Positions 1 through 9,262 of a stretch of 64,000 nt of DNA are shown in pieces. A model generated the notes under the pieces. That model was not told the DNA's origin. It saw only the letters and a program-made list of their open reading frames with translations, and searched no databases. A program made the translations under genes and the position numbers. The DNA is from a virus. Taxonomy: Duplodnaviria > Caudoviricetes. How positions within the stretch are numbered: position 1 is the stretch's first letter; each line of letters opens with the position of its first letter. Location: positions 10,272 to 74,271 of IMG/VR virus record IMGVR_UViG_3300044212_000014. One strand, 5' to 3'.

Positions 1-3000
1 GCCCAAAAAGCCATTGTTAAATATATGAACTACCGAGTTGGTAAAGAACCTTTCGTAAAGAGAGCAGTCGAACAACAACAAGCAGAGGAAGTTAGAACAG
101 CAAACGAAAAAATACAGAAAGAAATGGCTAAGCAACATATTGTAAACCCTAAACAGACTGCTACAAAGTCGGTTCTATATGGCGCACTACAGGAAATACT
201 GGGAAAAGACAGCAACAACAATAACAAACGAATGTCCGTAATGGCTCGGCTATTTAATGACCCTCGAAATGTATTCAAAGAATATTTGCCAAGAGCTATG
301 TCGGTATATGATCTAGCTGATAAAGCCCGTAGAAGAATGGAAGATACCGTTCAGCGGTATAACGGTAAATTCTCTGATATATACCAAGGATTAGGAAAAA
401 AACATACTGACGAGTTGAATAAACTTGTATTATACGCAGATCAAATTCACCGCGATCCAGTTCAGGTAGTGGGATTAGATGACGGTACTCACCTCGTCCT
501 AACAAAGGACTCGTATATCGAACATTTTGAAGATTTAGCTCAAGCAGAACAGACAGAAAAACAGATGAGAGATTCTGGGCAATACCAAACGGTGAAGAGC
601 GTAGCTGAAACTCCTAACGAAGACAATATGGAATCTGGCCCAGCAACCACCGTATATGCGTTATCTGGTAGAAGTAAGGCGTTTACATCAGAAGAAAGTG
701 CGAATAAATATGCAAATAGTATATATAATACAGAAATAAACGAAACGGTAAACTCAATATCTAATAAAGAATACTCTCAGAAAGATTCTACTCCTGTCGC
801 AGAGGCATATAAAAAATACCGTGACCTTATGGATGAAGTTTGGAATGAGATTGTATCTGCATCTACACAAAATAGACAGTACAGTCGAGTACCCAAGAAG
901 GTATTTGGATATTATCCTCACCAGCATTTGCCATTCGTAATCTACGAGCAGGACAAAGCTGGTATTTGGCACAAAACAAACTCGTTCTATACGGTAAGAG
1001 AAGCTAATAAATACGTAAATGAAGTGAATAAAAATGGTGGTAATGCTCAGTATGCAGAAATGTCTCCGTTCGATAGCATTATTATGAGACAGCAGATTAA
1101 CAAAACGGACAATCTAACTCCCGAACAGTTACAAGAGCTAAAAGACAATGGGTTATTACGTACCCCAGAAGGGGATTACGAAGATTCTGAGAACCATAAT
1201 AAGGCACTAAAGTCCGTATTTAATCCTTTGTTTAAAGATAGCGATACTGCTAAAATAGAAGATGTTATTAAAGCCGTTCATAAGGCCCAAAATAGGTCGT
1301 CAAATACATCTAGCCAAATATACAACAATACGGTAAAGGCCGCGCAAAACCAGATAAAATCAACGAATATTATTAAACAATTACAGAGAATAAAAGCTAA
1401 GCAAACAATAACACAGACTAAGTTAAATGACATGATAAATCAGGCGAATATGCACCATAAATTCTACGGTAGCTTGCTAATGCAAACAGATGCTAAAGGG
1501 TATAGCCAGAATGTACAGAATACCGTCTATAGATATTTAATGGGGGCGGCGAACTACTCTAGTAAAGAAAAATTTTTCTCAGAGGCTACTGCCACTTACT
1601 CAGACGTGTTCCATGGAGCAGACTTCAAAGATCAAGCGGTAACTCAAGAACAGAAGTTTTTGCAACAATACATAAGGGCTAATTATGCTCCGAATAGTGT
1701 AACTGCTCTTGATAACTTAATAGATGAAGCTATAACTTCAATTCCCGGCCTAGGGACTATTCTCCGTAGATTCTATTCCAATAAACCATACACTGATTTT
1801 GCTCGGTCTGCAATATCTATGCAGAATGTATTAAAGCTAGGGATGTTCAACCCATCTTCCGCTTTCGTCCAGATGGCGCAGTTATTAAACGCCAATGCTA
1901 AACTCGGTGGAAACAAGTTGTTCGGAATGTCATCTTACTTTAGAAAAGGGTTAAACGGAGCGCTAATAGATCGAAACGAATCGAACGCCAAATATAAAGA
2001 GCTATATGATTATATCGGAGTAGATAACAAACACTTTGCTTTAGACTCTGAACTTATTGGTACAAAGCCCGGAATTATGGATAAAAAATTACTATTTGGG
2101 AAATCCCTAAATGATTTTGCAAATAAGTCCATGTTTTTCTTTAACTTGGGCGACCAAGGCGCTAGAAAGGCCACGGCAATAGGAGCTTACTTAAAGGGGC
2201 AAGACCAGTTTTCAGCGATATCAGCAGAGAATAAAAATAAAATGTTACAAAAAGCTACGGCAAAATGGGAATCAGCAAGGCGAAAGGCCATTGAGAATAA
2301 AGAAAGTTTCTCGGAAGCTAAGCCTACGATGGATTCTATACGGAAAGATTTTACGTTTAAATATGCAAAAGATATCGTAACAGACACCAACTTTGACTAT
2401 TCCGTAGTTAATACTCCGCTTGCAATGACACAGCTAGGGTTAACTGGGAAGTTATTACTACAGTTCAAAAAATACCCTATATTTACTCTTAACTTCCTGC
2501 GCCACAACAACATGGAAGAAAATGTTCGGTTCCTCGTCCCGATGATGGTATTATCTGGTGTACTAGGGATGCCAGCCGCCAACTTCTTTGACGATGCGTC
2601 GGACAAAATAACAGGGCATAGCCCAATACTAGCAATGAAGAAAGCAATGATAACATGGGCTGGTGATAGCCCCACGAAGAAAGCACTTGTAAACGTTGCT
2701 ATGTACGGTGCGCCATCTCTTGCCAACATAAATCTCTCTGGTCGGATAGGATTAGGAGATGCAGTTGCACTTGATCTTGGGCCTACAGTAAGCACTATTG
2801 ACAATATCTTGCAAGGTAGAGGAGTTGTAAAATCACTAGCTCCTAGAGCTGGTTCATTAGACTCTATTATCAGCGGAAAGTACGAGAATACTAAAGGAGA
2901 TACGATAGCAAATCTATCTCCATATGACAGAATGTTAAAGGGGCTTGGATTTAAGCCTATTAGCGAAACGAACGCAAGTGATACTTCGCGGGTTCTTAAC

Positions 3001-3249
3001 CAATACAAAGAGAAGTATAACCAAATAGTATCTGAGGCAAAGAAGGAGTATGTCAAAAACCCAAACGCAGAGAACTATCAGGCCCTTGTTATTTATGGGG
3101 TACGGGAATCAGATATGGCTAAAATGTTACAGACAAAAAATACGAGTACGGTAGACAAGCAGTTAAAATCGATTCCCAAACGTGGGACATCCGACGATAC
3201 GAAAGACCTACAAGAACTAGCAAAAGCCGCACAAGGATTTACTAAATAA
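1..3249 (+). CDS. Large virion-associated (internal/ejection-type) protein, 5' truncated by window edge
   Basis: 1074-aa ORF; frame is open from base 1; lies just before the lysis genes; product inferred from size and position. Confidence 0.5.
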   Translation, partial: AQKAIVKYMNYRVGKEPFVKRAVEQQQAEEVRTANEKIQKEMAKQHIVNPKQTATKSVLYGALQEILGKDSNNNNKRMSVMARLFNDPRNVFKEYLPRAMSVYDLADKARRRMEDTVQRYNGKFSDIYQGLGKKHTDELNKLVLYADQIHRDPVQVVGLDDGTHLVLTKDSYIEHFEDLAQAEQTEKQMRDSGQYQTVKSVAETPNEDNMESGPATTVYALSGRSKAFTSEESANKYANSIYNTEINETVNSISNKEYSQKDSTPVAEAYKKYRDLMDEVWNEIVSASTQNRQYSRVPKKVFGYYPHQHLPFVIYEQDKAGIWHKTNSFYTVREANKYVNEVNKNGGNAQYAEMSPFDSIIMRQQINKTDNLTPEQLQELKDNGLLRTPEGDYEDSENHNKALKSVFNPLFKDSDTAKIEDVIKAVHKAQNRSSNTSSQIYNNTVKAAQNQIKSTNIIKQLQRIKAKQTITQTKLNDMINQANMHHKFYGSLLMQTDAKGYSQNVQNTVYRYLMGAANYSSKEKFFSEATATYSDVFHGADFKDQAVTQEQKFLQQYIRANYAPNSVTALDNLIDEAITSIPGLGTILRRFYSNKPYTDFARSAISMQNVLKLGMFNPSSAFVQMAQLLNANAKLGGNKLFGMSSYFRKGLNGALIDRNESNAKYKELYDYIGVDNKHFALDSELIGTKPGIMDKKLLFGKSLNDFANKSMFFFNLGDQGARKATAIGAYLKGQDQFSAISAENKNKMLQKATAKWESARRKAIENKESFSEAKPTMDSIRKDFTFKYAKDIVTDTNFDYSVVNTPLAMTQLGLTGKLLLQFKKYPIFTLNFLRHNNMEENVRFLVPMMVLSGVLGMPAANFFDDASDKITGHSPILAMKKAMITWAGDSPTKKALVNVAMYGAPSLANINLSGRIGLGDAVALDLGPTVSTIDNILQGRGVVKSLAPRAGSLDSIISGKYENTKGDTIANLSPYDRMLKGLGFKPISETNASDTSRVLNQYKEKYNQIVSEAKKEYVKNPNAENYQALVIYGVRESDMAKMLQTKNTSTVDKQLKSIPKRGTSDDTKDLQELAKAAQGFTK

Positions 3250-3251
3250 TT

Positions 3252-3267
3252 GGGGGCGAAAGCCCCC
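3252..3267 (+). terminator. GC hairpin GGGGC-GAAA-GCCCC after virion gene
   Basis: Perfect stem with GNRA loop right after the stop codon; weak U-tract. Confidence 0.4.
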
Positions 3268-3286
3268 TCTATCTTTGGAGGGATAG

Positions 3287-3673
3287 ATGGAAAACTTTCA
3301 GAGTATCATCCAGTTGTTATTGCTGTTCGGGGCCGCGCTTGGGGGTTTTAAGCAGTACATCCTAAAACCATATTTTGAGCATCGGGACGAAGAAAGAGCA
3401 TGGCGAGAAAAATTGGAGAAAACAAAAGAGGAGAAGAACCTCGAAAAGGAAAGACGAGAGGACGAGAGAGCAAGGGCGGTTGGAGATAAATACCAGCAAC
3501 TAGCAGAGAGTATAACGGAGTTGTCCGCAATGGTTAGGACTATAACAGAAGACCAACATAACATTCATATAAACGAAACGAAAATAGAAGGTCGGTTATT
3601 ATCTCACGACAAACGTATTGATGGATTAGAACATGATTATGAATGTTTACACAAGAAGGTGTATGATGAATAA
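3287..3673 (+). CDS. Membrane-anchored coiled-coil protein (lysis module, holin-associated)
   Basis: GGAGGG RBS; N-terminal hydrophobic helix then charged coiled coil. Confidence 0.5.
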   Translation: MENFQSIIQLLLLFGAALGGFKQYILKPYFEHRDEERAWREKLEKTKEEKNLEKERREDERARAVGDKYQQLAESITELSAMVRTITEDQHNIHINETKIEGRLLSHDKRIDGLEHDYECLHKKVYDE

Positions 3674-4004
3674 TATTTTAGAAAAAGGGAAGGGGATTCT
3701 CCAAAGCGCCGTATTAAAAATGACACAGATACAGAAACCGCTATTATGGATAGCCGTAACATACGTGTTTGTCCTATTGCTAATAATTGTGGTTTGGATT
3801 TCATTCTGGTTTATTGATTACGCGCAATCTGGGGTAGCCAACTTACAGATTCTATTATCATTCTTTAATTCAATGAAAGACCCGACCATGGTTGGCTGTG
3901 TAACATTTATTCTAGGTCTATTTACAGACAGAGATCATGACGGGGTGTTGGACATTAACGAAGAGGAATACGGAGGTAATAATGTACAAAGTAATAGACA
4001 TTAG
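3663..4004 (+). CDS. Putative holin
   Basis: Two hydrophobic segments; immediately upstream of the endolysin. Confidence 0.55.
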   Translation: MMNNILEKGKGILQSAVLKMTQIQKPLLWIAVTYVFVLLLIIVVWISFWFIDYAQSGVANLQILLSFFNSMKDPTMVGCVTFILGLFTDRDHDGVLDINEEEYGGNNVQSNRH

Positions 4005-4575
4005 TGATTGGCAAGAAGGGATTAGTTTCCAGAGCATTGTGGACGATGGTATAAATGGAGTTATTATAAAGATAACAGAAGGCACCAGCATCACAGATAA
4101 CTTCCATTCTTTTTTACAATCAGCCAAAGAATATAATATTCCGTGGGGAGTATACTGCTACGCTCACGCTCAAAACGTAGATGAAGCTACCGAGGAAGCA
4201 AACGAGGTGTTATATATCTTACAGGGAGAGGTACCCCCTATGGGTATATGGTATGACGTAGAAGACCCAGAATGCTTCGAAGATGGAGTAGACACAACCG
4301 CGGTATGCTCTGCTTTTATTGTGTATTGTAACGCCGCAGGTTATAAAGCTGGAATTTATACTTCGTCATTAAAATGTACCGCATACATGACAAACTCTAT
4401 CAGACCAGACCTATTAGCTGATTATGTGAACTATTGGATTGCCGATTATCGGGGATACAATGGGTTTAAACAGTCTTTCCCGTATAACGCCGTAGCTGGG
4501 TGGCAATATACAGAATCATATAACCTAGATGGTAAAAATGTTGATATGAGTTATTGGTACGCCGAGCTAGAATAA
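3982..4575 (+). CDS. Endolysin, glycoside hydrolase family 25 muramidase
   Basis: VIDISDWQ, GVIIKITEG, GVYCY, YDVED, WIADY, GWQYT motifs; GGAGG RBS gives start 3982. Confidence 0.9.
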   Translation: MYKVIDISDWQEGISFQSIVDDGINGVIIKITEGTSITDNFHSFLQSAKEYNIPWGVYCYAHAQNVDEATEEANEVLYILQGEVPPMGIWYDVEDPECFEDGVDTTAVCSAFIVYCNAAGYKAGIYTSSLKCTAYMTNSIRPDLLADYVNYWIADYRGYNGFKQSFPYNAVAGWQYTESYNLDGKNVDMSYWYAELE

Positions 4576-4585
4576 GGGGGCAATA

Positions 4586-5014
4586 ATGAATGTTAATACG
4601 AAGAAAGTTTGTTACATTATTGGTGTTATTCTCATTGTTATCGCCTTCGGTATATTTATGCGCGGATACTATAGCGACAGAGCAGAATCAGACGGTAACG
4701 ATGCAATTAACACAGTACAACAGATTGAAAGAAATAACCAATCAGCAAGAGATGAAAATACAGAAGCTAACAGCCTTAATGAATCTATTGGAACAGAACT
4801 CGACGCAGGACAAACAGACGTTAGTGGAGCTACAGAATCAGTTGGACGACTGCAAGACTCGGCTAGCGAACGCGCAGGAATTATTAGCCAAGCAAAAGAT
4901 GGACTTGCAGACAGTCAACTACTTATTGACGAAGAACGAAGCATCTTTGCAGACATTGACAGAGCAAATAAAATCACTACAGAACAAAATAGCGACACTC
5001 CGTCGTCAACGTGA
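4586..5014 (+). CDS. Spanin-like protein with N-terminal TM helix
   Basis: N-terminal TM segment, acidic extended region, follows endolysin, overlapped by the next ORF. Confidence 0.55.
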   Translation: MNVNTKKVCYIIGVILIVIAFGIFMRGYYSDRAESDGNDAINTVQQIERNNQSARDENTEANSLNESIGTELDAGQTDVSGATESVGRLQDSASERAGIISQAKDGLADSQLLIDEERSIFADIDRANKITTEQNSDTPSST

Positions 5015-5069
5015 CCTATATGCAATAGGGGCTGGCATCCTCGGAGCAATACTAATGACAAAAAGATAG
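4590..5069 (+). CDS. Overlapping spanin-like coiled-coil protein with signal peptide and C-terminal TM helix
   Basis: +1 frame relative to 4586 ORF; signal-like N-terminus, heptad L/Q pattern, hydrophobic C-terminus. Confidence 0.55.
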   Translation: MLIRRKFVTLLVLFSLLSPSVYLCADTIATEQNQTVTMQLTQYNRLKEITNQQEMKIQKLTALMNLLEQNSTQDKQTLVELQNQLDDCKTRLANAQELLAKQKMDLQTVNYLLTKNEASLQTLTEQIKSLQNKIATLRRQRDLYAIGAGILGAILMTKR

Positions 5070-5192
5070 CTCACAAGGGCGTACAACGAGTTATTGTTAT
5101 TTGGGCATTAGATTATACCTAAGATATAGTAGACATGCTTTACTAGCCCTTCCAGTAAGGAAAACAGACAAAAAACAGCATTCAGTGCTTTT

Positions 5193-5220
5193 ACCCTCCC
5201 GTAAAAAGGAGGGTTTTTAT
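5193..5220 (+). terminator. Rho-independent terminator after lysis module
   Basis: ACCCTCC/GGAGGGT stem followed by TTTTAT. Confidence 0.8.
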
Positions 5221-5247
5221 TTGTCTGTAAAACTTTTAAAATAATAC

Positions 5248-5276
5248 TTGACAAAATGTTGTTTTTGTGTTATAAT
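5248..5276 (+). promoter_or_regulatory. Sigma70-type promoter
   Basis: TTGACA-17-TATAAT with extended -10 TG. Confidence 0.75.
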
Positions 5277-5373
5277 ATGTTATGTAAAGAGATAAAATAG
5301 GATAAAACTATATATTGTATATTGACAGTAAAATAAGTGACGAAAAATCAATATATAGAATAAAATAAAATAC

Positions 5374-5402
5374 TTGACAAAAGATTTGTTTTATGGTATA
5401 AT
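5374..5402 (+). promoter_or_regulatory. Sigma70-type promoter for the RNA locus
   Basis: TTGACA-17-TATAAT with TG, 12 nt before tRNA-Leu. Confidence 0.85.
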
Positions 5403-5414
5403 ATAACTAACCGT

Positions 5415-5492
5415 GGGAGCATGGTGCAACTGGCAGACACAACTGGTTTAAGCCCAGTACAATTAAGAGTTCGAATCTCTTTGCTCCTACCA
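5415..5492 (+). tRNA. trnL: tRNA-Leu(TAA), short variable loop
   Basis: Cloverleaf GGGAGCA/TGCTCCT, anticodon arm ACTGG-ttTAAgc-CCAGT, T-loop TTCGAAT, encoded CCA. Confidence 0.9.
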
Positions 5493-5495
5493 CGC

Positions 5496-5579
5496 GGGGA
5501 CGTGAATGGTTTCGACATGGAATAATGCCGCTTGACGGAGATTCTATGGACAAGGGTTCGAATCCCTTCGTCTCCACCA
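5496..5579 (+). ncRNA. Mini-tmRNA: tRNA-like domain only, no mRNA-like domain
   Basis: GGGGACG/CGTCTCC-A-CCA acceptor with G3.U70, tmRNA-type D-loop ending TTCGAC, P2a ATGGAAT/ATTCTAT, GGAC linker, T-arm AAGGG-TTCGAAT-CCCTT; only 17 nt between the P2a strands. Confidence 0.85.
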
Positions 5580-5589
5580 ACAAAAAAAT

Positions 5590-6000
5590 TGAATAAAGCC
5601 TCATCGGTAGAAAGGTTTACTTATAAGTGAGGAAGATACGTGGCGAAGAGATGCAAACCGCTTAAAAATAACATTTCGGAATTAACACTCCGAGGAATTG
5701 CCGTTAGATGGTGGGGGAGTTTCCCTGTTTTATGATTGCTGGATAGAGAAAGATATTCAGCGCCCATCCTAGATGTAACCGTCCTGTTGACCATTGGTCA
5801 GGCAAGGAACGCGAAACTTAGTTGAGTTACGAGATAAAGGCAGACCTAGGCTCGTTATTAGCGTTTAATCATACTTCAAACTGAAATACGGAGTATCCTT
5901 GTTCCCCCATTAGTGGGGGGCAAGTATCACCTTCTCCTAAAGCCGGAGTACCTACAGAGCCTTTCCCAAATCCCTTAGACCTTAATCAATAAAAGAATTA
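5590..6000 (+). ncRNA. Candidate large structured ncRNA, family unassigned
   Basis: No long ORF; many hairpins and a multibranch junction; no terminator seen between it and the upstream RNA genes. Confidence 0.5.
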
Positions 6001-6033
6001 AAACCCGTCCCTTCCGTCACTTGAACTTAGTCC

Positions 6034-6062
6034 TTGACAAATCACTTAGGGTGTGGTATAAT
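6034..6062 (+). promoter_or_regulatory. Sigma70-type promoter for replication operon
   Basis: TTGACA-17-TATAAT with TG. Confidence 0.8.
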
Positions 6063-6107
6063 ACAGATATTCGAGACATGAAGTTATCAGAGAAAAGGAG
6101 ATACAGG

Positions 6108-6338
6108 ATGGATACAAGACAAAGACGGAGAAGATACCCAAAGGGAGATTCCTTTCATAAAGGACTAACGCACGAGGTTAGAAAACAGCACATTCACTAC
6201 ATGACGGATGACCAGTATTTAAAAATAACAAAATGCCAAGACAAGGGTTGCCCAATATTCTCTGGTTTTAGGTATTGCGACGCAGAAAGATATTTAAAAC
6301 GGTATTACGTATATGGATGGAATGGAGAAAAAATATGA
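6108..6338 (+). CDS. Hypothetical protein
   Basis: AAGGAG RBS; overlaps the dnaE start. Confidence 0.6.
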   Translation: MDTRQRRRRYPKGDSFHKGLTHEVRKQHIHYMTDDQYLKITKCQDKGCPIFSGFRYCDAERYLKRYYVYGWNGEKI

Positions 6339-9202
6339 ATGAGTTTACCTGTAACTTTCACACACATACTGACTTTTCAATACACGATGGTTTTTCTAAA
6401 ATACCAGAGCTTGTTGGTTACGCCAAAGAACTTGGGTATACCTCATTAGCTATAACAGACCACGGGACAATGACAGGAGCAATATCTTTTTATGAAGAAT
6501 GTAAAAAACAGGGAATAAAACCCATTATTGGTTGCGAATGTTATTTCACAATGGACATAGATGCTAAAGGAGACACATACCATTTAATATTACTTGCAAA
6601 AGATTTACAAGGTTATCGTAATTTAATGCGTATTGATACATATTCTCACGAGCATTTTTATCGTAAGCCAAGAATTAGTTTCGATATCTTAGAAAAATAC
6701 CACGAAGGTATTGTTTGTACAACAGCTTGTATAGCTGGCCCGTTATCTAGCGATTTAAAAGATTACATTATGTCACGGTTAATATCTATATTTGGTGAAG
6801 ACTTATATATAGAAATACAACCTCACGACTTTGAAGAACAAAAAGTGTATAATTATACATTTATATCTCAATATCCCGAAGTTAAAAAGATAATCACACT
6901 CGATAGTCACTACGTTTGCAAAGATGATACCCAATATCATAGACTTTGGCTAGATTTAGATGACGATGCTGAGTATTATTCTTCTAGTGATTATTACCTT
7001 ATGGGTACAGATGAAATTGTAAGTAAGCTCTCTTACATGGAGTCATCCGATATACAAGATATGATTAAAAATACAAAAGAGTTGGAAGATAAGTTTAACT
7101 TAGAAATACCATTTGGTGAACAGCACTATCCTGTGTTCTGCGAAGACCCTGAAAGATATGTTAGAGATAAGATGAATGCTGGTTGGGTTCAAAAGGGAAT
7201 TTCCATGTTGCCAAATCACACTAAATACAGAGAGCAGGCAAATCATGAACTAGAAGTATTAAGGAAAGTCCATTATTTTAATTATTTCTGTATTGTTAAC
7301 GACATGTTGAAATTCTGCGAAGACAACAATATTCCAACTGGCATAGGCCGTGGTAGCGTAGGGGGGTGTCTAGTTGCTTATCTTATGGGCATTACAAAGG
7401 TAGACCCAATTAAATACAATTTGGTATTCGAACGGTTTACCAACCTAGAACGTGTAACTCCATGTGACATTGATACTGACGTAAGTCAAGGTAAACGACA
7501 AGAGCTTATTGAATATATCAAAAGTAAATATGGGGAAGCGTATCCCGTTAGAACCGTCGGAACCTGTGAAGACAAGGCCGCTGTTCAAGCCTCTGCTAGG
7601 TCACTTGATATTGACCCTACCATATATAAGAAAATGAGTAAGAATATAAACACGGTAGAAGATATGCCAGAAAAAACGGCAAGCGATAAACGATGGAAAC
7701 AGGTGGCAATGAAGTTCAGAGGACACGTACAGAACTATGGTAAACATCCATCTGCTATGTTGGTATCGCCTGAGGATATTTGTAAGTGGAGTCCAGTAGA
7801 AAAGCAGAAAGACGATTATGTTGTTTGTTATGACTTCCACCAGCTAGAAGACCAAGGGTTATTAAAACTCGATGTTCTTGGTCTAAAGACCCTTGACATA
7901 ATTGAAGACACAAAGAGACGGGCGGGAATAGATACTGATATTTCCCAATTTCCAGACTTAGATTCACCTACTTGTGCCATGTTAGCAAAAGGAGACACAG
8001 AAGGATGTTTCCAAATAGAAAGTAATGTAATGACTCCGATAGCAATGAGAATGAACGTTAGGGGAATGGAAGACTTGGCAACCGTCGTCGCTCTTGGTCG
8101 CCCCGGCCCTTTAGATTCTGGAATGGTAGAAACATTTTTAAAACGCCGGAATAAACAACTTCCTACCACCTACGACATTCCCGACCTAGAACCGTTACTT
8201 AAAGACACTGAGGGAGTTATTATATATCAGGAACAGATTATGAAGATTGTTCAGGTAATATGTGGATATTCCTTAGGGGAAGCAGATAACCTTCGTCGTA
8301 TTATAGGGCGTAAGGTAGTAGATGAAATGAACCCCGTTGTCGAGGATATGATTCGTAGGGGTATAGAAAAGGGACATACAAGAGAACAGATGGTAAAACT
8401 AACTGATGATATAAAAACATTCGCGCTTTATGGATTTAACCTATCCCATTCCTTAGCTTACGGAAAAACGGCGTGGGTTACATCATACCTTAAATGTCAC
8501 TACCCAGCGGCATTCATGGCCTCATTGTTAGATTACAACTGTAAAGATAAACCGAAGTTAGCCACTTATATTGTCTACTGCCAGAACCATAATATACGTA
8601 TCCTTCCACCTAGGGTAAACCATCACAACTGCTACTCAGATTATGACGAAGATGGCCCTTATATCGTTCTTGGACTAAACTGTATCGCTGGCGTTGGGAA
8701 CGTATCTATTGATTCCTCAGATAGTGACTTTGAGGCATTTTTGGAAAAGAACATAAACGTTAATAAGAAAGCTCTCGGTAGTATGGTTAGGGCTGGTGTA
8801 TTTAGTGGCAATAGAGATATGATGTTACAGTATATAGATTGGATGAAAGACAAGAGAAAGTCTAAGGGAGAGTTTACATATGTACCAACACGATATGATG
8901 ATGACATGGAACAATCCAAAGTAATTGGAGTTAGTTTTGGTGATGTCCTTAGTAAATATGACTTGTCTATAGTAGACGGGATAAGTACGTTTGGAGTCGA
9001 AGTATTAGAAGTTAAGGGAAGAAAGACAAAGACCGGAAAGCCAATGGCATTCGTTAAAGTAAAAGACTCCAAGTTCGTTAAGGACTTTGTTATCTTTAGC
9101 GCAGATTATAAATACATAAAGACACACAAGGTTTATATCATGAGAGTTCGTAATAATCGCATCTTTGAATTTGTTGAAGCTATGCCACTTGACAAAACGT
9201 AA
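6335..9202 (+). CDS. dnaE: DNA polymerase III alpha subunit (family C)
   Basis: PHP motif HTHTDFSIHDG and AITDHG; GRGSVGG, RVTPCDIDTD, LLKLDVLGL, IYQEQIM, YGFNLSHS motifs. Confidence 0.95.
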   Translation: MNEFTCNFHTHTDFSIHDGFSKIPELVGYAKELGYTSLAITDHGTMTGAISFYEECKKQGIKPIIGCECYFTMDIDAKGDTYHLILLAKDLQGYRNLMRIDTYSHEHFYRKPRISFDILEKYHEGIVCTTACIAGPLSSDLKDYIMSRLISIFGEDLYIEIQPHDFEEQKVYNYTFISQYPEVKKIITLDSHYVCKDDTQYHRLWLDLDDDAEYYSSSDYYLMGTDEIVSKLSYMESSDIQDMIKNTKELEDKFNLEIPFGEQHYPVFCEDPERYVRDKMNAGWVQKGISMLPNHTKYREQANHELEVLRKVHYFNYFCIVNDMLKFCEDNNIPTGIGRGSVGGCLVAYLMGITKVDPIKYNLVFERFTNLERVTPCDIDTDVSQGKRQELIEYIKSKYGEAYPVRTVGTCEDKAAVQASARSLDIDPTIYKKMSKNINTVEDMPEKTASDKRWKQVAMKFRGHVQNYGKHPSAMLVSPEDICKWSPVEKQKDDYVVCYDFHQLEDQGLLKLDVLGLKTLDIIEDTKRRAGIDTDISQFPDLDSPTCAMLAKGDTEGCFQIESNVMTPIAMRMNVRGMEDLATVVALGRPGPLDSGMVETFLKRRNKQLPTTYDIPDLEPLLKDTEGVIIYQEQIMKIVQVICGYSLGEADNLRRIIGRKVVDEMNPVVEDMIRRGIEKGHTREQMVKLTDDIKTFALYGFNLSHSLAYGKTAWVTSYLKCHYPAAFMASLLDYNCKDKPKLATYIVYCQNHNIRILPPRVNHHNCYSDYDEDGPYIVLGLNCIAGVGNVSIDSSDSDFEAFLEKNINVNKKALGSMVRAGVFSGNRDMMLQYIDWMKDKRKSKGEFTYVPTRYDDDMEQSKVIGVSFGDVLSKYDLSIVDGISTFGVEVLEVKGRKTKTGKPMAFVKVKDSKFVKDFVIFSADYKYIKTHKVYIMRVRNNRIFEFVEAMPLDKT

Positions 9203-9217
9203 TAAATGTGATATAAT
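9189..9217 (+). promoter_or_regulatory. Sigma70-type promoter
   Basis: TTGACA-17-TATAAT with TG. Confidence 0.8.
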
Positions 9218-9262
9218 GTATTAGTAGATAAATAATACTTTATTTTTAAAAGGAGAAAACAC

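Noticed and set aside
5496-5579. Reading the mini-tmRNA as an ordinary tRNA-Ala/Gln or as an attP fragment
   Set aside because: There is no D-stem and no canonical 7-nt anticodon loop. Both 5' and 3' tmRNA ends are present under a promoter, whereas attP carries only one end, and no integrase is in the window.
5653-5685. GCA AAC... mini-ORF (ANRLKITFRN*) as a detached tmRNA tag
   Set aside because: It lacks the hydrophobic/AA C-terminal degron, and there is no strand to pair with the already closed P2a helix.
5627-5820. RNase P RNA (AGAGATGCAAACCGC and GGAACGCG resemble rnpB segments)
   Set aside because: The universally conserved P4 strands (GAGGAAAGUCC and ACAGAA...CGGCUUA) are absent and the segment order does not fit.
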